Source of the DNA: a virus
Virus record (IMG/VR): IMGVR_UViG_3300027908_000006
Coordinates: 1 to 64,000 of that record
DNA length: 64,000 nt
Strand: one strand, 5' to 3'
Shown: positions 44,621 through 53,067 of the stretch, one piece after another
Numbering within the stretch: position 1 is the first letter of the stretch
How the letters are laid out: the number at the start of each line of letters is the position of its first letter
Translations under genes and position numbers: made by a program
Notes under the pieces: model-generated
The model's database searches: none
What the model saw: the letters and a program-made list of their open reading frames with translations, nothing else
Told to the model about the DNA's origin: nothing

Positions 44621-45629
44621 GTCTCTGCTACTCAGTGAAATCAGGATCGACGGCGGCACACAGATGCGCGTAGAGATCGACCAAGAGTACGTCGAAGAAC
44701 TGGCCGATGTGCTACGCGGCGGCGGGAAACTTCCGAATGCCGTCGTCTTCCACGACGGGGCGCATTACTGGCTGGGGGGTGGCTTCCACCGCTACATCGG
44801 TCACGAGAAAGCCGGAATACCTGCAATGCCCTGCGAGGTCCGCGTAGGCACTCAGCGTGACGCGATTATCTTCGCGGCAGGTGACAATTCCGACCACGGC
44901 TTGCGAAGGTCCAATGAGGACAAGCGTAAGGCCGTGACGGCGCTGCTAACTGACGAGCAGTGGTCGCAGGCGAGCAACCGATGGGTTGCGGAGCAATGTA
45001 AGGTCGGGGATCAGTTGGTTGCCACTGTCCGAGAAGAGATAGAGGCTGGTGCGCGATCGCGCACCAGCGACAATAACGGATCGACTAACGGGCAAACTCG
45101 CACGGATAGGCGTGGTCGTCAGCAACCGGCGAAGAAGCCGAAACCCGGTCGTAAACTCTGTCCGGCCTGCACGCGGAAAGGCGTTCGCGCCAACTGTCCC
45201 GATTGCCGCGACCTGAACCGCAAGGAAGGTAAGCCCAACAAAAAGGCAGGCACGGCTACAGACCCCAGCGGTGAGAAGGACTGTTTCGGGAACGAGGTTC
45301 CGAAGCGCTGCCGCGATGCTCTCTTCGATCCGTGGATACAGGACACCTTCGACATGCTTGCGGCGATGAACGACAAGATCCTCGCCGCACGCATTCCCGA
45401 CAGTATCGAGAAGCGGAAGAAGCGTTACCCGTTCTTTGACGCGAAGGACATAGCCGACGGCGCGATCTTCGTCCAGCAATACCTTGACAAACTTCTTGAC
45501 CACGTTAAGGAAAATCGCCCTGCCGCTGTCTGTCCAATGTGTCAAGGGAAAGGCTGCTCTGACTGCCGAAGTTCTGGTCTTGTGTCCCGCAATCTTTATC
45601 AGCAGTTGAAGGACAAGTTGAAATGTTGA
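44613..45629 (+). CDS. ParB/Sulfiredoxin-domain protein with a Cys-rich C-terminal region
   Basis: IRIDGGTQMR...VVFHDGAHYWLGGGFHRYIGHEKAG is the ParB N-terminal domain pattern. A basic linker carries the 22-bp palindrome. CPAC/CPDC and CPMCQGKGCSDC clusters follow. Confidence 0.65.
   Translation: MNKSLLLSEIRIDGGTQMRVEIDQEYVEELADVLRGGGKLPNAVVFHDGAHYWLGGGFHRYIGHEKAGIPAMPCEVRVGTQRDAIIFAAGDNSDHGLRRSNEDKRKAVTALLTDEQWSQASNRWVAEQCKVGDQLVATVREEIEAGARSRTSDNNGSTNGQTRTDRRGRQQPAKKPKPGRKLCPACTRKGVRANCPDCRDLNRKEGKPNKKAGTATDPSGEKDCFGNEVPKRCRDALFDPWIQDTFDMLAAMNDKILAARIPDSIEKRKKRYPFFDAKDIADGAIFVQQYLDKLLDHVKENRPAAVCPMCQGKGCSDCRSSGLVSRNLYQQLKDKLKC
45046..45067. repeat. 22-bp perfect palindrome CTGGTGCGCGATCGCGCACCAG, copy 2
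   Basis: Identical to 6634-6655. It sits in the same reading phase and again encodes GARSRTS, inside the ParB-like gene. Confidence 0.95.
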
Positions 45630-46111
45630 ATATCAAAACGCGGATTCTTTTCAATGGGAGTCCAAGATTCTGTAGATTGTGCAATCAGGACAAACCGCTT
45701 GTCGAATTCTACAAGGCCAAGCAAAGGAATGGAAAGTGGTATTTCTTGCCCTATTGTAAACGATGCTATCTTGACCGCATCGCAAAGTGGAAGAAAGACA
45801 ATCCAGGCAAAAACTCTGCCGCTGCCCGAAGGTGTCATATCCGCACCAAATACGGAATGACCCAGCAAGAATACGATTCGCTGGTGGAGGCACAAGGAAA
45901 TCTCTGTGAAATCTGCCAGCGTCCAGAGACGAGTATTACGAAAAAAACCGGCGTTGTTCATCCATTGTCTGTCGATCACGACCACGAAACGAACGCAGTG
46001 CGAGGTTTGCTTTGCGGGGCTTGTAACCGAATGCTTGGTTGTGCTGGAGACGATATTACTGTGCTGCGGTCAGCAATCGAATATCTCACAAGAAATCAGG
46101 TGGTCGCGTGA
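45623..46111 (+). CDS. Endonuclease VII-family (T4 gp49-like) junction-resolving nuclease
   Basis: CEICQRPE...LSVDHDHETNAVRGLLCGACNRMLG is the Endonuclease_7 signature. The gene is noticeably AT-richer by eye. Confidence 0.75.
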   Translation: MLNIKTRILFNGSPRFCRLCNQDKPLVEFYKAKQRNGKWYFLPYCKRCYLDRIAKWKKDNPGKNSAAARRCHIRTKYGMTQQEYDSLVEAQGNLCEICQRPETSITKKTGVVHPLSVDHDHETNAVRGLLCGACNRMLGCAGDDITVLRSAIEYLTRNQVVA

Positions 46112-47571
46112 GCCAGACCTTGAAGCCTCTACAGGTGGACTTCTACAACCGCCTCCGTGCCGCGCGTGCCTCGGGCGCCCGCATCATCGTGGCGCAAGCC
46201 GCCACGGGGTTCGGGAAGAACACCGTCGCGGCGTTTATGTGCCAACAGGCTATGCAGAAGAACGTGCCGACGCTTTTCATGGTCCACCGCCGCCGCCTCG
46301 TGGATCAAATATCCGAACGACTCCGTGAGTTCACGGTGCCGCACGGTGTCATCATGCGCGGCAAAGGATCGAATTCCTCGCATCTCGTCCAAGTGGCTTC
46401 GCGTGATACGCTTATCTCGCGGTGTGTAAACAATGAGTGGCTCGATATGCCTCCGGCCGGACTGCTCATCGTGGATGAGGCGCACTTGGCAGCTGCTCCG
46501 AAGTCCGAGTACCGTCGGATCATTGGTCACTACCCGGCGGCAACGGTGTTGCTTCTGACAGCTACTCCCGTGGGGCCGGACGGCGCCGGGTTGGGGCCGT
46601 GGGCACAGAGCATAGTCTGTGCGGCGCCGACGACTCAGCTGGTGCGGGAAGGTTATCTCGTGCCAGTGAAAATCTTTGCACCGGCACGAAAGAGGAAGGG
46701 CAAGCGATTGCTCAAGGGCATCGCAGGAGATCTTGTGGAGAGTTGGCAGCAGTACGGCGAGGATCGGCCTACTGTGTTGTTCTGCGCTCGCGTACAGCAC
46801 AGTCTGGACGCGGTGAAGGCTTATCAGGAACAGGGTATCACGGCGGCGCACATTGACGCCGACACACCGGATGATGAACGCGATCGCATCTTCGACGACG
46901 TGCGCGCCGGACGGATCAAGATACTCTCCAACGTCGGGATCGTGGGAGTGGGCTTCGACCTGCCGGAGTTGGGAACCTGTCAGTTCTTTTGCAACGTGGG
47001 CAGCCGTGTCCGCTGGATTCAGGGAATGGGCCGTGTCATGCGGACGGCAGAAGGTAAGGAGTATGGCATCGGCATCGACCACGGTGGCAACGTCTTCGAC
47101 CACGGCTTCACCGACGAGGACACGGAATGGACGCTTCTAGGCAACGTGGATGCCAAATGGAAGGAGAAGCACGCTGCCGGAGAGACGGAGAAGGCGTACT
47201 ACTGCAAGCACTGTGAACTGGCCTACCACGGGCAGAAGGCGTGTCCGCAGTGCGGTCGGGCGCCTGCGAAGCCGCCGAAGTCGATCTTTGAGGCGCCGCC
47301 GGTGAGGTCGCGGAATGAGATTCTGACTGAGGCGGAACGGACGGCGGATGCTAAGACCTACTCCCGCGAAGAGAAGATCAAAACGTGGTTCGCTTGCCTT
47401 GGAATGGCTGCTCACAGGAACGGGACGTTCAAGATGGCGAGCCGACAATACCACAACAAATACGGCCAGTGGCCTGATGCGGACTTCCCTTGCCTTCCTC
47501 CGTGGGAACAGCGCGGAGAAAAGGTCAGCGACGTGCATCCGAACTTCGGGCGAAAGAAGGTGCAATCGTGA
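46108..47571 (+). CDS. SF2 DEAH-box helicase
   Basis: GTGA overlap. AATGFGKN (Walker A), IVDEAH, LLLTATP and a helicase-C region (ILSNVGIVGVGFDLPE, GMGRVMR). C-terminal CKHC...CPQCG ribbon. Confidence 0.75.
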   Translation: MSQTLKPLQVDFYNRLRAARASGARIIVAQAATGFGKNTVAAFMCQQAMQKNVPTLFMVHRRRLVDQISERLREFTVPHGVIMRGKGSNSSHLVQVASRDTLISRCVNNEWLDMPPAGLLIVDEAHLAAAPKSEYRRIIGHYPAATVLLLTATPVGPDGAGLGPWAQSIVCAAPTTQLVREGYLVPVKIFAPARKRKGKRLLKGIAGDLVESWQQYGEDRPTVLFCARVQHSLDAVKAYQEQGITAAHIDADTPDDERDRIFDDVRAGRIKILSNVGIVGVGFDLPELGTCQFFCNVGSRVRWIQGMGRVMRTAEGKEYGIGIDHGGNVFDHGFTDEDTEWTLLGNVDAKWKEKHAAGETEKAYYCKHCELAYHGQKACPQCGRAPAKPPKSIFEAPPVRSRNEILTEAERTADAKTYSREEKIKTWFACLGMAAHRNGTFKMASRQYHNKYGQWPDADFPCLPPWEQRGEKVSDVHPNFGRKKVQS

Positions 47572-48146
47572 AAGCTCACTCCCCATTGCGTGAACTTACC
47601 TTGTTGGCAGAAGCCGCTCTGTCTGGCGAGTATGTCGCTTCACAGATGGCTCTCGATTGGCTCAGGGAACACGGCCACGACGACATAGCGGATTTGTTCG
47701 CTCACCAGCAAAAGCCCAATCGGAAAGGCGAGGACGTGGGGCATTGGGTGATAGCCTTTTGCCGGTCTATGGAGTTCCAGGCAGTTCTTGACAGGTTCGA
47801 TCCTGCCGAGGTCGTGACGGTACACACTGGTAGGGGTCTTTCGCTGAAAGAGCGGGCGAACTTGTGCCGCGCATTGTTCCGCAGCTGGTGCTTACCTCAC
47901 GTTCGGGTCTACTTGCCGACTGGCAGAAATTCCCATTGGGTCCACGTCGATTACCCGAAGGTCTTCCACCTTGCAATTCGTGACGTGCAGTTAGAACAGC
48001 GGACGGATTATAAGGTGGAACATCAGATACTCTTTCGAGCGTTCCCCGATTACACGGACGAATCGGATTATCAGAGCGACTACTTCGCGCCGTCATGGTA
48101 CGTTCGCGGAGCAATGCCAATGCACAAGACTACTTCGCCATTCTGA
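47568..48146 (+). CDS. Hypothetical protein with a TIGR02996-like N-terminal motif
   Basis: GTGA overlap; QMALDWLREHGHDDIADLF. Confidence 0.4.
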   Translation: MKAHSPLRELTLLAEAALSGEYVASQMALDWLREHGHDDIADLFAHQQKPNRKGEDVGHWVIAFCRSMEFQAVLDRFDPAEVVTVHTGRGLSLKERANLCRALFRSWCLPHVRVYLPTGRNSHWVHVDYPKVFHLAIRDVQLEQRTDYKVEHQILFRAFPDYTDESDYQSDYFAPSWYVRGAMPMHKTTSPF

Positions 48147-48198
48147 GGTGACACCATGTCCAAGCAGAAGAAACCGGACGACGTGAAGTGGTGATGCG

Positions 48199-48411
48199 AT
48201 GCTCTACGTTTTATCGCCGTGGTCTGGTCGATTGGTGCAGGCGACTTGGCATGCCGATGTAAGGCGTGTCGGTTGTGTCGCTGGCGTCGTCGCCTACTCT
48301 GCGGAACTGGTTATCGTGGGCGACGTTGATCCCGAAAGTGTCGGTCTGCAATCGCTGCTCATAAAGTGGGGCTATTGGAACGTGCGGATACAAGCAGAAA
48401 GCATATGGTGA
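48199..48411 (+). CDS. Hypothetical protein
   Basis: 70 aa. Confidence 0.3.
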   Translation: MLYVLSPWSGRLVQATWHADVRRVGCVAGVVAYSAELVIVGDVDPESVGLQSLLIKWGYWNVRIQAESIW

Positions 48412-48415
48412 CACG

Positions 48416-48598
48416 ATGACCCTCGAAGAACTGGCCGCGATGGTCCGGCTGATGCGAGCGCACCAGAAGGATTATTTTAAGACGCGAAGGATAGAATCGC
48501 TCCACAAGGCACAGGAGATGGAGAAGCGGGTGGACAAGGCTCTCGAAGCTCTGGCTGCTGGACCTGACCTGTTCGACAAGAAACCGGAGGAAACATGA
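48416..48598 (+). CDS. Hypothetical protein
   Basis: 60 aa, helical. Confidence 0.4.
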   Translation: MTLEELAAMVRLMRAHQKDYFKTRRIESLHKAQEMEKRVDKALEALAAGPDLFDKKPEET

Positions 48599-49227
48599 TC
48601 GACGCGACATTCCTGAAATCACTAACCAAAGAGCATCCTGAGTGGATGAGTAACGTCTACCTCATCACACTGGACGGAGAACCGTACTACGCCGCCACGA
48701 ACAGTGCTATCTGCGTAGCGATCAGGAACACTATCAGCGGGGTAGAGGCGATTCCCGAACTCAAGGAGCGCTTGCCGAATATCCTCAATCATCCGGCCAC
48801 CATCCCACTCGACTACGCGGCATTCAAGGCATGGGTTGGACCATTTACACCGCAGACAACCAAACCGTGCCCTGAGTGCAACGGTTGGGGCAAGTACAAC
48901 TGTCGTTGTGGCAACGCCTGTTGTCAGGGCTACGTCGATCCGTGTGATGCGTGCGCTGGTGATAAGGTCGTGACAGTCGAACGCGACCGACGCTACGCTC
49001 TTCTCGGCAAGCACGTCGTAGACTGCGCGCTGTTGGCCGATGCGTTCGCTCACCTGGACGCGATTGAGGCCACGATCGGCACCTTCACCACCTCAGGTAA
49101 AAATTACGGAACTGGCTTCATCGTGCGGACTCCAGATTGGGTGGTTGCATTCATGGAATGCACACCCGATCCCGATAAGGTGCATGGTGCGCCATTCCCA
49201 TTGGAAGCGGAGAAGGTGACAGCATGA
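48595..49227 (+). CDS. Zinc-knuckle protein, paralogue A
   Basis: ATGA overlap. YYAATNSAICVAI, then CPECNGWG...CRCG...CDAC. Similar layout to 49541-50278. Confidence 0.45.
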   Translation: MIDATFLKSLTKEHPEWMSNVYLITLDGEPYYAATNSAICVAIRNTISGVEAIPELKERLPNILNHPATIPLDYAAFKAWVGPFTPQTTKPCPECNGWGKYNCRCGNACCQGYVDPCDACAGDKVVTVERDRRYALLGKHVVDCALLADAFAHLDAIEATIGTFTTSGKNYGTGFIVRTPDWVVAFMECTPDPDKVHGAPFPLEAEKVTA

Positions 49228-49544
49228 ACCGCGAAGCCTTCACCGACGACGACATTATCACGGCTCTGGAAACGCTCCTTGCCGAGACAGAAGAATGCCG
49301 CCTGGACGTAGCCGTGACTCTTGGCAACATCGGCCACGATGCGAAAGCCATGCGAAGGGCACTTAATTCCGGCGAGGAACCCATGTTGCCGCTTGTCGTG
49401 CCGGAGGACTGGAAAGCCAAGAAACTGCTGAAACACTTGTCCTTGATCTACTGGAATGCGGTTCAGGCGCTGGAATGCCTCGAACCGGCTAAACCCAAAC
49501 CAGCCGTCAATGGGACGGCGAAACAACCGGAGAAACGAACGTGA
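49224..49544 (+). CDS. Hypothetical protein
   Basis: ATGA overlap; 106 aa. Confidence 0.4.
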   Translation: MNREAFTDDDIITALETLLAETEECRLDVAVTLGNIGHDAKAMRRALNSGEEPMLPLVVPEDWKAKKLLKHLSLIYWNAVQALECLEPAKPKPAVNGTAKQPEKRT

Positions 49545-50278
49545 ACCGCCGCGAAGCATTGCTGACGATGACCGCGAGCTTAGTCGCCTTCATCCTGCCG
49601 TCGCCGCGAAAGCGGATCGACCTGAAAACCTTCTGCTCACGCGAGGCACGGCCAAAGTATGACATGCGCCTGCCCTACGAATTTCAGGAATACACCTACG
49701 CGACGAACGGGATCGTCTGCGTCCAGGTGCGGCCACAGCTGGGCGACGTGGTAGACCACAAGGGAAAGGTTCCGCCGTTCGATATGCTCTCGTGGAATCA
49801 CGATCGCTTACAGTGCTGGCGTCCGTTGCCGAACCTGTCACCGATTGTCGCTGCCGATTCGGATTGCCCTGTCTGCGATGGGTACGGGCACACTGGAAAT
49901 GGACCTTGGCAGGAGTGCGAGGCGTGTCAGGGCGTTGGGAATGTCTGGGTCGGGAGCAACTATCATATCTCGTATCCGAAGCAGTGCCCAAAGTGCAAGG
50001 GATCTGGCCATTTCCCGCCAACGGGATCGAGGCCGTGCCCGAACTGCAACGGCAACGCTATCGGTTCTTTCCCGGCGTTCGTGGAGATCGAGGGCGACTA
50101 CTTCAACGCGGCGATTTATCGCAAGGTGCAAGCCCTGGACGGCGAGTTTTGCCGCGACTGCTGGCAGGGAATGGGCAAGTTCCCGCTGTTGAAATTCCGC
50201 TTCGACGGCGGCTGCGGACAGATGATCGGCGTGGAAACCGCAAGGGCCGTCCAACGGATTAAGGAAGCCAAGAGTTGA
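49541..50278 (+). CDS. Zinc-knuckle protein, paralogue B (Tat-like N-terminus)
   Basis: MNRREALLTMTASLVAFILP, YTYATNGIVCVQV, then CPVCDGYG, CEACQGVG, CPKCKGSG and CPNCNG (DnaJ-type CxxCxGxG). Confidence 0.45.
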   Translation: MNRREALLTMTASLVAFILPSPRKRIDLKTFCSREARPKYDMRLPYEFQEYTYATNGIVCVQVRPQLGDVVDHKGKVPPFDMLSWNHDRLQCWRPLPNLSPIVAADSDCPVCDGYGHTGNGPWQECEACQGVGNVWVGSNYHISYPKQCPKCKGSGHFPPTGSRPCPNCNGNAIGSFPAFVEIEGDYFNAAIYRKVQALDGEFCRDCWQGMGKFPLLKFRFDGGCGQMIGVETARAVQRIKEAKS

Positions 50279-50313
50279 ATCACCCGGTCGGCAACCTTCA
50301 ACCGGAGAACCCC

Positions 50314-50511
50314 ATGATGAACTGGCTGTTCGGCTCTTGGTCCGCTCGCATTCTTCGGAAGGTGGAACAGAAGCTCGACGCGCCGCTTCTTATGGTTCCG
50401 CCCGGAATGCTTACGCCGCCCATTGCTCGCCTCATCACCGGCGGGCCAAGGTTTCAACAACTGCTCCGACTCAGAACTTACTTGCTCAAGAGAATCGAGA
50501 GGAATCCATGA
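50314..50511 (+). CDS. Hypothetical protein
   Basis: ATG 50314 (the track TTG at 50275 is possible); 65 aa. Confidence 0.35.
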   Translation: MMNWLFGSWSARILRKVEQKLDAPLLMVPPGMLTPPIARLITGGPRFQQLLRLRTYLLKRIERNP

Positions 50512-50729
50512 CCACCGAAGATAACAGCACCGTAATGGAACCGCCGAACCCGCCGATCGGCAAGCGCAGCCGAGGGCAGGCCAAGCAGACACGAGCAAAG
50601 CGAAGCTACGCCACGGAACTGAAAGATTTGGAGCGCAGCGTCGCTCTCGCGCGGAAACTACTTCTCAAGGCAGAGAAGGTGGAAACCGATCCGATCCTTT
50701 CCGCCGTCATTGACCTTTTAAGCCCTTGA
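50508..50729 (+). CDS. Hypothetical protein
   Basis: ATGA overlap; 73 aa, basic. Confidence 0.4.
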   Translation: MTTEDNSTVMEPPNPPIGKRSRGQAKQTRAKRSYATELKDLERSVALARKLLLKAEKVETDPILSAVIDLLSP

Positions 50730-50755
50730 CTTGGCGGCGGTGTCCGTGGTAATCT
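50726..50755 (+). promoter_or_regulatory. Sigma70-like promoter candidate upstream of an HNH-like gene
   Basis: TTGACT (50726-50731), 18-nt spacer, TAATCT (50750-50755). Confidence 0.3.
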
Positions 50756-50868
50756 CTTTCTCTGGCCCGCCAGCCAAACACCTGAAAAACGCCGGTCCTT
50801 TGCGCGTCTCGTCTCTGGCGGGCCGAACATGCCAAAGGATCGGCGCGTACCTTCCGCCAGAGGTTGCT

Positions 50869-51306
50869 ATGAGTGGAAAACCACGTCACGGTTATGCTCG
50901 CAGGGGAATGAAACGCAATCGAACTTACAATGCTTGGGCGGGAATGAAACAGCGATGCAACGATCCGAAGCACAAATATTATGATCGTTACGGCGGTCGC
51001 GGCATCAATGTCTGTGAGCGGTGGAGTGAATCATTCGAGGCGTTCCTGGCGGATATGGGTGAATGTCCGCATGGAAAGAGTATCGACCGCTTCCCGAATA
51101 ACGACGGCAATTACGAACCGGGCAACTGTCGCTGGGCAACCGCGAAAGAGCAAAACAATAACCGTTCCGGGAATCACCTGTTAGAGTTCCAAGGAAAGCG
51201 ACTGACAATCAGCCAATGGGCCAGCGAGTTAAATATCAATCCTGGCAACATCGCAATGCGAGTTTTTCGCGGATGGACGATTGAAAGGGCGTTGACGACA
51301 CCATGA
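50869..51306 (+). CDS. HNH-like homing endonuclease (HNH_3-type)
   Basis: NAWAGMKQRCNDPKHKYYDRYGGRGINVCERW...SIDRFPNNDGNYEPGNCRWATAKEQNNN is a widespread phage HNH-like pattern. Confidence 0.65.
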   Translation: MSGKPRHGYARRGMKRNRTYNAWAGMKQRCNDPKHKYYDRYGGRGINVCERWSESFEAFLADMGECPHGKSIDRFPNNDGNYEPGNCRWATAKEQNNNRSGNHLLEFQGKRLTISQWASELNINPGNIAMRVFRGWTIERALTTP

Positions 51307-51620
51307 AACGCTACCCCCCAAACGAAAAACTGCTGGCCACTTTCCGCGGCGAAGGCGTTTGCGAGGCGTGTGGCCGCTTCGTATCGGCGCGCGAGGCGGC
51401 CCACATCCTTGGAAAAGGAATGGGTGGAGGCAGACGGATTGACCACCCCCTGAACTTAGTTAGTCTCTGCGCGCCGTTCAGCGGAGGTAACGATTGCCAC
51501 GGACGGCACCACTTGGGCCAGTCACCGACAGCTGAGGAATTGTGGGAGATAGCCGGGAAACGCGAAGGCGTGACCGGAGAACAGGCAGAGGCAGAAATCA
51601 ACAGAATCAGGCGACTATGA
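51303..51620 (+). CDS. Hypothetical Cys/His protein (possible HNH-like)
   Basis: ATGA overlap; CEACG...AHILGKG...CHGRHH. Confidence 0.35.
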   Translation: MKRYPPNEKLLATFRGEGVCEACGRFVSAREAAHILGKGMGGGRRIDHPLNLVSLCAPFSGGNDCHGRHHLGQSPTAEELWEIAGKREGVTGEQAEAEINRIRRL

Positions 51621-51814
51621 ACCAAACATCCGAAGAGATTTGCGAAGCTCTGGTCCGGCACGTTGAAATGTCCGGCTCGGAAGTGTTCGAGAAGAACTTC
51701 GTCAAGGATGAGCAAATGCTCTGTACCGTGTGGTGTGTCATCGGCCCCAACGCCGAGGAATTCAACCGCATGGTTTGCGAATGGATGGATCAAAATGGAT
51801 TCAAACCGGACTGA
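51617..51814 (+). CDS. Hypothetical protein
   Basis: ATGA overlap; 65 aa. Confidence 0.4.
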   Translation: MNQTSEEICEALVRHVEMSGSEVFEKNFVKDEQMLCTVWCVIGPNAEEFNRMVCEWMDQNGFKPD

Positions 51815-51835
51815 TCGAACCCAAGAGGTGAACCG

Positions 51836-52036
51836 ATGAAACCGGAAGAAATCGAGTACGAGGACAAGCCAGGCTACCACCGGCACTCCTGCGCTGCCTG
51901 TGGCTTCATTTGGGAGCATCGGGACTCTTGCAAGGCCGATGACTCTGCTCACGTCTGCCCGGCTTGTGGAGAACCGGAGCAAACGTGGAAATACAATGGC
52001 CCTTGCGCCCCGGAGAACGTCGATGAAAAAGTCTAA
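51836..52036 (+). CDS. Small zinc-ribbon protein
   Basis: Preceded by the GAGGTGAACCGATGAA junction; CAACG...CPACG. Confidence 0.4.
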   Translation: MKPEEIEYEDKPGYHRHSCAACGFIWEHRDSCKADDSAHVCPACGEPEQTWKYNGPCAPENVDEKV

Positions 52037-52250
52037 AGAGAAAATGAAAACCCTGGACCTGACCGTGAACGGCCACACTCTCCACGGAGAGAAAGTGATC
52101 GGCGCGTGGTTTTTCGTCTGCCCTGACTGGCCCGAAATCGACGACGAATACTACGGCTCTGCGGAGACCGGCCCCGTCATCGAAGCATTCATGGCCCACG
52201 CGTTGGCCGGTGCAATCACTGTGATTGAGAAAATGAAAGGCGGCGTCTAA
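52023..52250 (+). CDS. Hypothetical protein
   Basis: ATG 52023 (ATG 52044 is an alternative). Confidence 0.35.
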   Translation: MKKSKEKMKTLDLTVNGHTLHGEKVIGAWFFVCPDWPEIDDEYYGSAETGPVIEAFMAHALAGAITVIEKMKGGV

Positions 52251-52475
52251 ATGAAGCGCTGTCGAACGTGCGGCAAGACAAAGCCGCTCAGTGACTTCCC
52301 GCTCACCACTCCTCACCGGATAACTGGCGCGCGGTGGGAGCGAAACACCTGCCGAGTCTGCACGAATAAACGCCAACTGGAGTTGAAGAAGATACGGGAA
52401 GCAAAGGCACGCTTCCGCCGGTCCCAAGAGAAGAGGTTGCTCGGAACCAGTCCCAATCCTGCAAGTACGGGGTGA
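52251..52475 (+). CDS. Small zinc-ribbon protein
   Basis: CRTCGKTKPLSDF...CRVC; its end lies inside the 28-bp junction repeat. Confidence 0.4.
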   Translation: MKRCRTCGKTKPLSDFPLTTPHRITGARWERNTCRVCTNKRQLELKKIREAKARFRRSQEKRLLGTSPNPASTG

Positions 52476-52478
52476 ACC
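52451..52478 (+). repeat. 28-bp junction repeat TCCCAATCCTGCAAGTACGGGGTGAACC, copy 1
   Basis: Spans the stop of 52251-52475 and the RBS of 52479. The second copy at 53239-53266 has one mismatch. Confidence 0.9.
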
Positions 52479-52811
52479 ATGAAGCCGATTATCGTCTGTC
52501 TCTGCGGTTCGACCAAGTTCAAGCAAGCCTTCATCGACGCGAACTTCCGCGAGACGATGGCTGGCAAGATCGTGCTGAGTGTCGGCCTCTACAGCCACGC
52601 CGACGCGGAGGTGTACACGCCCACGGAAGCTGAAAAGCTCGCCCTGGATGAATTGCACTTCCGCAAGATCGACTTGGCCGATGAAGTGCTGATCCTTAAT
52701 GTCGACGGCTATACGGGCTACTCGACACGCCGCGAGATTAACTACGCAATGTCACAGAACAAAAAGATTCGCTATCTTTACCCGGAGGTTGTCGTCCATG
52801 CCTACAGCTAG
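52479..52811 (+). CDS. Nucleoside 2-deoxyribosyltransferase-like protein (tentative)
   Basis: MKPIIVCLCGS...KIDLADEVLILNVDGYTGYSTRREINYAMSQNKKI resembles the Rossmann-like pattern of that superfamily. Confidence 0.35.
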   Translation: MKPIIVCLCGSTKFKQAFIDANFRETMAGKIVLSVGLYSHADAEVYTPTEAEKLALDELHFRKIDLADEVLILNVDGYTGYSTRREINYAMSQNKKIRYLYPEVVVHAYS

Positions 52812-53023
52812 AATCAGCAGAGAGCTGGAGGCTCAGATCATCGCCATGCCCGGCACGGCGGCGTTTCTTACGGCGCAAGGTCTTCTTCCGTGGCGGTCTA
52901 TGCTTAGACATAGAGCCTCCAGGTAAGAGCGCAGCCTGTTTGTCGGCTTCCCCAGTGTGCTTCCAAAACAGACGGGGAACCGTCCAGTACGGACAGGGCT
53001 GCTAAACCGACAGGATCAGCGAG

Positions 53024-53052
53024 GACCGGAGTGTGCAACCACTCCGGTCTTT
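53024..53052 (+). terminator. Terminator-like hairpin in a non-coding gap
   Basis: GACCGGAGTG (53024-53033), 6-nt loop, CACTCCGGTC (53040-53049): a perfect 10-bp stem followed by TTTGCCGGGTTTC. Confidence 0.45.
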
Positions 53053-53067
53053 GCCGGGTTTCAGGGA

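Noticed and set aside
46129-47103. Long antisense ORFs opposite well-supported genes (also 3412-4218, 8146-8877, 9702-10433, 43715-44584, 51311-52078, 51906-52658, 57524-58231, 59410-60024)
   Set aside because: These are typical shadow ORFs of GC-rich DNA. They are Arg/Pro/Gly-rich, carry no motifs, and each fully overlaps a plus-strand gene with recognisable domains or operon coupling.
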